From assembly GCA_965248695.1 (NCBI GenBank), contig CBDFKD010000002.1, positions 4,320,001 to 4,384,000 of the forward strand: 64,000 nt of DNA, in the 5' to 3' direction. This DNA is from Acidobacteriota bacterium (lineage in GTDB: Bacteria; Acidobacteriota; UBA890; WLXD01). Both the position numbers and the translations under genes were made by a program. Positions 57,073 through 64,000 of the stretch are shown here, piece after piece (the first letter of the stretch is position 1; every line of letters begins with the position of its first letter). The notes beneath the pieces were generated by a model. That model searched no databases. It had not been told where the DNA came from and worked only from the letters and a program-made list of their open reading frames with translations.

Positions 57073-57521
57073 TGCCCGAGGGTGGCGAGCACGAGCAGAC
57101 AGCGGTCTCCATCGGGGCGGTTGTGGTCACGCACGGCGGGCTGGCGACCGAGTTGCTCGCAGCGACCGAGCGCATCGTCGGCCCGACAACGTTCATACGC
57201 GCGGTCTCGATCGACTGGGACGACGAGGTTGCTGATGCACGGCGCCGGATCGAGAAGGCGATCGGCGAGGTGGCTGCGCCGGGCGGCGTGCTGATCTTCA
57301 CGGACATGTTCGGCGGCACCCCGACGAACGTCAGTCTGTCGTTCCTCGAGGCAGGCAGCGTGGAGATCCTCACGGGCGTCAACCTGCCGATGCTCGTCAA
57401 GCTGGCCAACCTGCGGGCGCAGGACGCTCCTCTTGCGGAGATCGCCCGGCGGGCACGCGATCGTGGGCAGGATAGCGTCTATGTGGCGAGCGAGATTCTC
57501 TCCGTCCAGAACAAGCTGTAG
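57069..57521 (+). CDS. PTS mannose/fructose-type EIIA component
   Basis: VVTHG, TDMFGGTPTN, GVNLPML. Confidence 0.93.
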   Translation: MMPEGGEHEQTAVSIGAVVVTHGGLATELLAATERIVGPTTFIRAVSIDWDDEVADARRRIEKAIGEVAAPGGVLIFTDMFGGTPTNVSLSFLEAGSVEILTGVNLPMLVKLANLRAQDAPLAEIARRARDRGQDSVYVASEILSVQNKL

Positions 57522-57535
57522 CGCGGCGTGAACCG

Positions 57536-57802
57536 ATGATTCAGAAGGAACTAGAGATTCTCAACAAGCTCGGCCTTCACGCGCGTGCGGCCGCCAAGTT
57601 CGTCAAGTGCGCCAGTCCCTTCGAGTGCGAAATTCAGGTTGGCAAGGACGCCATGACCGTCAACGGCAAGAGCATCATCGGCGTGCTGTTGCTGGCGGCG
57701 CCCAAGGGCAGCCGGATCCTGGTGATCGCAGACGGCCCGGACGAGCAGGAGGCGGTGGGCGCACTGACCGATCTGGTGAACGGCCTCTTCGGCGAGGATT
57801 AG
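57536..57802 (+). CDS. ptsH: Phosphocarrier protein HPr
   Basis: GLHARAA (His15) and NGKSIIG (Ser46) intact. Confidence 0.96.
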   Translation: MIQKELEILNKLGLHARAAAKFVKCASPFECEIQVGKDAMTVNGKSIIGVLLLAAPKGSRILVIADGPDEQEAVGALTDLVNGLFGED

Positions 57803-58227
57803 TGACCGTCTCGGGCCCGGAGCCTGTCGTTCGCGAGGCGATCGGTGTCTCCAGCGGCGTCGCTATCGGAACAGCGTTCGTTATCGAGCCACGCGTCAGC
57901 CATCTCTATGAGCCGCTGCATCCGGCGGTCTTGCGATTGCTCGAGCAGATCGTCGTCAGGGCCCAAGAGCACGGCGTCCCCGTGAGCTTGTGCGGCGAGG
58001 CAGCTTCCGACCCTCTCACCGCGATGGTGTTTCTCGGATACGGCATCGACGAGCTCAGCATGACGCCGAGCTCGGTGCCGGTTATCAAGAGCCTCATTCG
58101 GAGCCTGCCGGCCAGCGATGCACGGCAGATCTTGGCGCACGCCATGGAGCTACGCACGGCGCAGGAAGTCGAGGAGTTTGCGCTCGAGCAGCTCATGGCG
58201 CACTTGCCGGAGGGCTATGAGGGGTGA
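57802..58227 (+). pseudogene. ptsI: PTS enzyme I remnant: in-frame fusion of the N- and C-termini (141 aa)
   Basis: AIGVSSGVAIGTAFVI joined directly to VSHLYEPLHPAVLRL...SLCGEAASDP...GIDELSM; no phospho-His domain. Confidence 0.85.
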
Positions 58228-58279
58228 TTGTTGCCTCGATCTGGCCACCCGGGCGCCAGACCACAGGAGCCTCGAAACC

Positions 58280-58921
58280 ATGCCTGCACGAGTGATCCAC
58301 GATATCTCGGTACCTCTGGAACCGGGTGTGCCCGTGTGGCCCGGCGATCCCGGATTCGAGCTGCGCCCCGAGTTGCGCATCTCTGACGGCGACGAGTGCA
58401 ACCTAACGAGCATTCGCCTGAGCGCGCACACGGCGACGCACGTAGACGCACCGTGGCACTTCGTCGAGGCCGGAGGCACGGTCGAGGCCCTGGATCTCGC
58501 CACGCTCATCGGACCGGCGGTGGTGGCGGACCTGGGTAAGGCGAGCGTGGTGACGCGCGGGGTGCTCGACGAAGCCAGCGTGCCTGCGCGAACGGAACGT
58601 CTGTTGCTGCGGACGACGAACTCGGCCGTCTGGCGAGACGCTCCGGCCGAGTTCATGCGCGACTACGTGGCACTCGACGCCGACGCTGCTCATTGGGTTG
58701 TCGATCGCGGAATACGCCTGATCGGTGTCGACTACCTCTCGGTGCAGCGGTTCGAAGATCCGCCGGACACGCACGAGATCCTGCTTCGATCCAACGTGGT
58801 GGTAGTCGAGGGGCTGGATCTCTCGAGGATTACGGCTGGCCGCTACCAACTGGCATGTCTGCCGTTGAAGATCGCCGGCTGCGACGGCGCACCGGCGCGC
58901 GCCGTGCTGATCGAGGAGTAG
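58280..58921 (+). CDS. Cyclase family protein (kynurenine formamidase-like)
   Basis: HTATHVDAPWHF, GVDYLSV, VEGLDL, DGAPARA. Confidence 0.9.
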   Translation: MPARVIHDISVPLEPGVPVWPGDPGFELRPELRISDGDECNLTSIRLSAHTATHVDAPWHFVEAGGTVEALDLATLIGPAVVADLGKASVVTRGVLDEASVPARTERLLLRTTNSAVWRDAPAEFMRDYVALDADAAHWVVDRGIRLIGVDYLSVQRFEDPPDTHEILLRSNVVVVEGLDLSRITAGRYQLACLPLKIAGCDGAPARAVLIEE

Positions 58922-58942
58922 CCGCCCGCCGGCCCGGGCGGC
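58921..58942 (+). terminator. GC hairpin right after the cyclase gene
   Basis: GCCGCCCG-CCGGCC-CGGGCGGC; no U-tract. Confidence 0.35.
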
Positions 58943-59168
58943 ACGCTCATCGACAAAAGACGGACGCGTGCGTGGCCGACCCCACTACGGGGGTCGCCTG
59001 TTGCGAGCCTGACGGCGTGCCCACGCCGGTCATCGGATTAGCGAGTTCCGGTCGGAGATGGCACACTTTCTACACGGTCCTCGCGAGTACGATGAGCACC
59101 GCGCGCGGCCGCGAGTCGCCGCACGCGCGCGCTTGCCCCACTTGGTCCACCACGGCGAGACGAGAGGA

Positions 59169-59522
59169 ATGCGCAAAGTCGACAAGCCCTGGGGTCACGA
59201 GATCATCTGGGCCGAGACCGACAGCTACGTCGGCAAGATCCTGCACATCGATGAGGGTGAGCAGCTGAGCCTCCAGTACCACGAGCTCAAGGAAGAGACG
59301 CTCTTCTGTCAGACTGGGCGACTCGAGCTCGAGGTCGGCGACGGCGACGACACGAATCTTCGGATGATCATTCTGGAGCCCGGACAAGCGCAGCATATTC
59401 CGCCGGGCACCGTGCACCGCATGCGCGCGTTGACGACCTGCGATGTCTTCGAGGTCTCGACGCCGCATCTCGAGGACGTGGTACGACTCGAAGACCGCTA
59501 CGGTCGCGTGACCGGCGAGTAG
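59169..59522 (+). CDS. Cupin (mannose-6-phosphate isomerase type II-like)
   Basis: VDKPWGHE, LSLQYHELKEET, IPPGTVHR, DVVRLEDRYGR; RBS GAGG. Confidence 0.88.
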   Translation: MRKVDKPWGHEIIWAETDSYVGKILHIDEGEQLSLQYHELKEETLFCQTGRLELEVGDGDDTNLRMIILEPGQAQHIPPGTVHRMRALTTCDVFEVSTPHLEDVVRLEDRYGRVTGE

Positions 59523-59606
59523 CGCGGGAGCCCGCCACCAACCTGCACAGGAACACCGATTGTCCGTCACCGGCGGGTCATCGATCGGACACAGGGAGAT
59601 GCGCAC

Positions 59607-60671
59607 ATGACAGAGCGCTGGAGTCGACGTGACCTCGTGAAGGCCGGCGTAGCGGCCGGTGTAGGCGTCGTCGGCGCCCCCGCATCGGCGCCGGCCGTCG
59701 TTCGCAGTCAATCCCGCCCGGTGGCGGTGGCGTCGAGCAACGGACTCGGGGCCTGCGCCAAGGCCGTGCAACTGGTCGGGTCGGGGGCCGACACCCTCGA
59801 CGCGGTCATCGCTGGCGTCAACCTCGTGGAGCTCGACCCGGAAGACACCAGCGTCGGCTACGGCGGCCTTCCCAACGAGGACGGGGTGGTGCAGCTCGAC
59901 GCTTCGGTCATGCACGGGCCCTCAAGGCGCGGTGGCGCCGTAGGCGCTCTCGAGGGCGTCAAGACACCCTCCAACGTGGCGCAGTTGGTGGCCTTCAGGA
60001 CGGACCACGTTCTCCTGGTCGGCGAGGGAGCGGCGCGTTTCGCGCAGGCCCACGGCTTCGGTCCCGAAGAGCTCCTCACCGAGCGCGCGCGGAAGATCTG
60101 GCTGCGCTGGAAGGAGAACCTCTCAGATGACGACGACTGGCTGGGCCCTCGAGGGGAGTCCGGCGTGGCGGCGGCAGGGTTCGCGCCTTTCGTACGTGAC
60201 TGGGGCACCATCAACTGCAACGTCGTCGACGCCGACGGCAACATCTCGGGGGTCACGACGACCAGCGGCCTGTCGTTCAAGATCCCTGGTCGCGTCGGAG
60301 ACTCGCCGATTCTCGGTGCGGGGCTCTACGTCGACAACGATATCGGTGCCTGCGGCTCGACCGGGCGGGGCGAGGCGAACTTGCTCGAATGTAGCTCGTT
60401 TCTCGTCGTCGAGCTCATGCGAGGCGGGGCACATCCGAAGGACGCCGCGATTCAGGCGCTGCGACGCATCGCCGGCAAGACCGCGCCGCGGCTGCTGGAT
60501 GACCACGGTCGTCCGAGTTTCAACTTGCGATTCTACTGCCTCAATAAACTCGGGGCGTATGCCGGCGCGTCGATGTACGGTCAGATCGGCGACGCCACGG
60601 CGCGGTTCGCCGTGAACGATGGCGGCGAGAGTCGCCACCAGGACTGCGTCGCTCTCTTCGACGTCCTCTAG
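59607..60671 (+). CDS. Tat-exported Ntn-hydrolase of the asparaginase-2/glycosylasparaginase family
   Basis: Tat motif SRRDLVK; SVGYGGLPN, QLDASVM, WGTIN, TTTSG, GRVGDSP, TGRGE. Confidence 0.9.
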   Translation: MTERWSRRDLVKAGVAAGVGVVGAPASAPAVVRSQSRPVAVASSNGLGACAKAVQLVGSGADTLDAVIAGVNLVELDPEDTSVGYGGLPNEDGVVQLDASVMHGPSRRGGAVGALEGVKTPSNVAQLVAFRTDHVLLVGEGAARFAQAHGFGPEELLTERARKIWLRWKENLSDDDDWLGPRGESGVAAAGFAPFVRDWGTINCNVVDADGNISGVTTTSGLSFKIPGRVGDSPILGAGLYVDNDIGACGSTGRGEANLLECSSFLVVELMRGGAHPKDAAIQALRRIAGKTAPRLLDDHGRPSFNLRFYCLNKLGAYAGASMYGQIGDATARFAVNDGGESRHQDCVALFDVL

Positions 60672-60733
60672 TCGGGACACGATCGGAGCGCGTCTCCGGT
60701 GCGCTTTCGACGAGCAGGGTGCACAATAGGGAC

Positions 60734-62056
60734 GTGAGAACTTGTCTCGGAATGCGCGGCCCGACGCTAGCGGCACTCCTGCTCGTCGCGGCGCTGCCGG
60801 CCGCTGCCCAGGCTCCCGAGCGGCAACCGTTCGTATTGGTCGCAGAGCTTGCCGACGTGATCCACCCGGTGACATCGGAGTACGTCGTCGACGCCCTCGA
60901 GATGGCGGCCGAACGCGGCGCCGACTTGTTTCTGTTACAGCTCGATACCCCGGGTGGGCTGGATCGGTCGATGCGCGACATCATCCAGTCCTTTCGCTCC
61001 AGCCCCGTACCCGTGTGCCTGTTCGTCGGACCATCGGGCGCGCGTGCCGCCTCTGCCGGCTTCTTCATGGCCATGGCGGCCGATGTGGTGGTGATGGCCC
61101 CAGGCACGAACATGGGTGCGGCAAGCCCGGTGATGGTGGGTGGAGGCACCGACGAGACGATGCAGGCGAAGCTCTTGCACGATGCCGAGGCTTACATCCG
61201 TAGCCTTGCCGAGGATCGGGGGCGTCCGGTCGATCTGGCGGTCGAGGCAGTCACCGACGGGCGCTCGTTTTCGGCCCGAGAGGCACTGGATGCCGGCCTC
61301 GCCGACTTCATCGTTGCTGATGTAGACGCGTTGCTCGCTGCCTTAGACGGCCGGCGGATCAGCAAAGGCGGTGCCGAAACGGAGCTGCGGCTCGAGGGTG
61401 CCCAGATCGAGACCCGCGAGCTGTCGCTTCGACAGCGGATCCTTGCCGTGCTGGCGAACCCACAGGTGGCGTATGTGCTCATGCTGGCCGGGCTGGCCGG
61501 GTTGTACTTCGAGTTCTCGACACCGGGCGCCGTGCTGCCGGGAGTATTGGGCGGCATTTGCCTTGTGCTGGCGTTGCAGGCGTTCCAGGTATTGCCGATC
61601 AGTTTCGCCGGCCTGTTGCTGATCGGCCTGGCGATCGTGTTCTTCATCCTCGAAATCAAGGTGATCTCATACGGCTTGCTGACCGTGGCGGGCCTCGTGG
61701 CGTTCGTCCTCGGGTCGTTGATGCTCGTGCCTGGCCCCATCCCCGAGCTGCGGTTGCAGCTCGGGTTCGTCCTCCCGACCGCGCTCGGTGTGCTCGGCAT
61801 CGCGGGCTCTCTAGTCTGGCTGGTCGTGCGTTCGCACAATGAGCGCGTCCACACCGGCTCCAAGGGTCTCGTCACCAGGATCGGTCACGCAACATCGGAT
61901 CTACGCCCGGGTGAACCGGGTTCGGTATTCGTTCACGGAGAGCGATGGCGAGCGCGCTCGGACGTGCCGATCCGCTCCGGCGATACAGTCGAGGTCGTGG
62001 GAGTGGAGGGCGGCATGGTCATCCGGGTGCGCCCCAGTCACGCAAACGAAAGGTAG
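60734..62056 (+). CDS. NfeD family membrane-bound serine protease (long form)
   Basis: [27 protein letters not shown] region and C-terminal OB fold ([10 protein letters not shown]); start uncertain. Confidence 0.92.
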   Translation: MRTCLGMRGPTLAALLLVAALPAAAQAPERQPFVLVAELADVIHPVTSEYVVDALEMAAERGADLFLLQLDTPGGLDRSMRDIIQSFRSSPVPVCLFVGPSGARAASAGFFMAMAADVVVMAPGTNMGAASPVMVGGGTDETMQAKLLHDAEAYIRSLAEDRGRPVDLAVEAVTDGRSFSAREALDAGLADFIVADVDALLAALDGRRISKGGAETELRLEGAQIETRELSLRQRILAVLANPQVAYVLMLAGLAGLYFEFSTPGAVLPGVLGGICLVLALQAFQVLPISFAGLLLIGLAIVFFILEIKVISYGLLTVAGLVAFVLGSLMLVPGPIPELRLQLGFVLPTALGVLGIAGSLVWLVVRSHNERVHTGSKGLVTRIGHATSDLRPGEPGSVFVHGERWRARSDVPIRSGDTVEVVGVEGGMVIRVRPSHANER

Positions 62057-62064
62057 CTGAGATC

Positions 62065-62859
62065 ATGACATTCCTGTCGCCGCTCGTACTTCTGTTCGTC
62101 ATCTTCGCGTTCTACTTGATCGGCTCGGTCAGCATCCTCAAGGAGTACGAGCGCGGGGTCATCTTCCGGCTCGGGCGGCTTCTTCCCGACACCAAGGGAC
62201 CGGGGATCATCTTCGTCTTCTGGCCCATCGACAAGATGGAGCGCGTGTCGCTGCGTACGATCGTTCTCGACGTGCCCCCTCAGGACGTGATCACGCTCGA
62301 CAACGTGTCGGTGAAGGTAAACGCGGTGGTGTATTTCCGTGTCATGGAACCCACCCGTGCCATTGTCGAAGTCGAAAACTACATGTACGCCACTTCGCAG
62401 CTGGCGCAGACCACGCTTCGTTCGGTGCTCGGTCAAGTTGAGCTCGACACGCTGCTGTCGGAACGTGAGCGCCTCAATTCCCAGCTGCAGTCGATCCTGG
62501 ACGACCACACCGACCCATGGGGCATCAAGGTGTCGATGGTCGAGGTGAAGCACGTCGATTTGCCGCAGGAGATGGTCCGCGCCATCGCCCGCCAGGCGGA
62601 AGCCGAACGTGAGAAGCGCGCCAAGATCATCCACGCTGAGGGCGAGGCGCAGGCATCGAAGCGCCTACACGAGGCGGCAATTGTGCTGGCACAGGAGCCG
62701 GTTGCGGTGCAATTGCGGTACTTTCAGACGCTGACCGAGGTGGCGTCCGATCGCAGCTCGACCATCGTGTTTCCGCTACCCGTGGACATGATGGTGCGTG
62801 GGCTGGCTGCCAGCGGGATCGTCAGCCCGCCTGCGAGCGCCGAAAAATCGGGGGAGTGA
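62065..62859 (+). CDS. SPFH/stomatin-like (slipin) protein
   Basis: [38 protein letters not shown]; paired with nfeD. Confidence 0.95.
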   Translation: MTFLSPLVLLFVIFAFYLIGSVSILKEYERGVIFRLGRLLPDTKGPGIIFVFWPIDKMERVSLRTIVLDVPPQDVITLDNVSVKVNAVVYFRVMEPTRAIVEVENYMYATSQLAQTTLRSVLGQVELDTLLSERERLNSQLQSILDDHTDPWGIKVSMVEVKHVDLPQEMVRAIARQAEAEREKRAKIIHAEGEAQASKRLHEAAIVLAQEPVAVQLRYFQTLTEVASDRSSTIVFPLPVDMMVRGLAASGIVSPPASAEKSGE

Positions 62860-62990
62860 GCGGTTCGCCTCGAGATAACCGGGTCCTGCGGTGGCGAGAG
62901 AATCACCTCTCGATGCGATAGACTTTTCGTCATATTGACCGCGCTAGCGCGCCGGTGCCACGGCGTGGATCCGGCGTACGGGGTGGCAAG

Positions 62991-63587
62991 ATGAACGGCT
63001 CGGGCAAGCAGAGCTTCTACGAGATCCAGCTCAGCAACGGCAGCCTGATCGCGGCCTTTCTCGTGGCCGTTGGCCTCGGCGTCGCTGTGTTCATGCTCGG
63101 GGTCATGGTCGGCCGCGGCCAAGGGCCCCAACCGCTCCTCGAGGGAGGGCTGGTGGAGGCGCTCGGCGATGAGAGTGGCCCAGCCCCGGCGAACGATCCC
63201 AGCGACACCGATTTCCTCGCGCGCCTTGAAGAGACACCTGAGGGGACCAACGACCTGCCCGTAGCCGCCGAGCCCGATCGCGATCCGGAGCCCGTGGCGT
63301 CGCCGGTGGTAGCGCGCACGAGCAACCTGCCCGCCGCGGACCCATCGATCGCCAGCGGCTTCGTGGTGCAGGTGAAGGCAACCAGCGATCGCGACGAAGC
63401 GGATACGCTCCAGGCCAGTCTCGCCTCAGCCGGATTCCCGGCGTTCGTTGTCTCTGGCGACGTCGAGGGGACGACGATGTTCCGTGTCCGCGTCGGCCGG
63501 TATCGCGACGAGTCGGCGGCCGAGCGCGTCGCCATCGCCCTCAGTGGTCGCGGCGATATCGTCGACACCTGGATCACGCAGGGCTAG
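62991..63587 (+). CDS. SPOR-domain membrane protein (DedD/FtsN-like)
   Basis: N-terminal TM helix, Pro/acidic linker, FVVQVKA...FRVRVGRY. Confidence 0.85.
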   Translation: MNGSGKQSFYEIQLSNGSLIAAFLVAVGLGVAVFMLGVMVGRGQGPQPLLEGGLVEALGDESGPAPANDPSDTDFLARLEETPEGTNDLPVAAEPDRDPEPVASPVVARTSNLPAADPSIASGFVVQVKATSDRDEADTLQASLASAGFPAFVVSGDVEGTTMFRVRVGRYRDESAAERVAIALSGRGDIVDTWITQG

Positions 63588-63610
63588 AGGCGCTTCTGTC
63601 TCGCGCTGGC

Positions 63611-64000
63611 TTGGCGGTGCTCCTCGGCGGCCTCGCGCTGGCCGCTGCCTTCCCCAAGGTCGGTTGGCACCCGCTTGCGTGGGTTGCCATCGCGCCGCTG
63701 CTGGTCGCAACAACGGACGCCACGCCGCTTCGAGCTTGGTGGTACGGAATCCTGTTCGGGACGGTGTTTCGCGCCGGCACGCTGTACTGGGTGGTGCACG
63801 CCATGACGCGTTTCGGCGGCCTCTCGCTGCCGGTAGCGGTACTGGGAGCCGGGCTGCTAGTGCTCTACCTCGCCGCCTACTGGGGCCTGTTCGCCTTGGT
63901 GGCGAACCGGACGGGCGCCGATCGGGTGCAGGCGGTGCTGCTGCTGGCCGCTACGTGGACCGGGCTGGAGTACGTACAGTCGATTTTCCTGAGCGGCTTT
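63611..64000 (+). CDS. lnt: Apolipoprotein N-acyltransferase, 3'-truncated by the window edge; absent from the supplied ORF track
   Basis: Manual translation LAAAFPKVGWHPLAWVAIAPLL...LYWVVHAMTRFGG...WTGLEYVQSIFLSGF; start may be CTG 63596 or TTG 63611. Confidence 0.85.
   Translation, partial: MAVLLGGLALAAAFPKVGWHPLAWVAIAPLLVATTDATPLRAWWYGILFGTVFRAGTLYWVVHAMTRFGGLSLPVAVLGAGLLVLYLAAYWGLFALVANRTGADRVQAVLLLAATWTGLEYVQSIFLSGF

Noticed and set aside
60734-62859. nfeD-stomatin gene pair as a novel system
   Set aside because: Well-known, widely conserved pairing

Overview
GC-rich bacterial chromosome window, most likely from an Acidobacteriota lineage. This assignment is inferred from an RpoC insert, a SecY insert, a GWxTD protein and a DUF507 pair recalled from memory, not from a search. 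Bases 1-34.5 kb are the housekeeping super-cluster: rlmB 3' end, tRNA-Thr/Tyr/Gly/Thr, tuf, tRNA-Trp, secE-nusG-rplKAJL-rpoBC, rpsL-rpsG-fusA-tuf, the S10/spc/alpha operons and tRNA-Ala(CGC). Bases 34.7-52.3 kb are the more accessory part. They hold acs, two lipoproteins, an apparently catalytically dead amidohydrolase, a transglutaminase-like protein lacking the catalytic Cys, an M20 peptidase, a GWxTD protein, a DUF507 pair and a long LptC/LptA-like protein. They also hold a 269-bp MITE-like element with perfect 30-bp terminal inverted repeats, and a three-gene operon (stand-alone MshEN protein, HEAT-repeat protein, degenerate HD-GYP protein) downstream of an AT-rich stretch with ~10-bp periodicity. 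That operon is the best candidate for an undescribed c-di-GMP signalling module. Bases 52.5-64 kb hold lptB-rpoN-hpf-hprK-rapZ (frameshifted)-EIIA-ptsH-ptsI (internally deleted), a cyclase, a cupin, a Tat-exported Ntn-asparaginase, nfeD-stomatin, a SPOR protein and the lnt 5' end. No CRISPR array, rRNA, integrase or transposase gene was seen. All family assignments come from motif recognition by eye.
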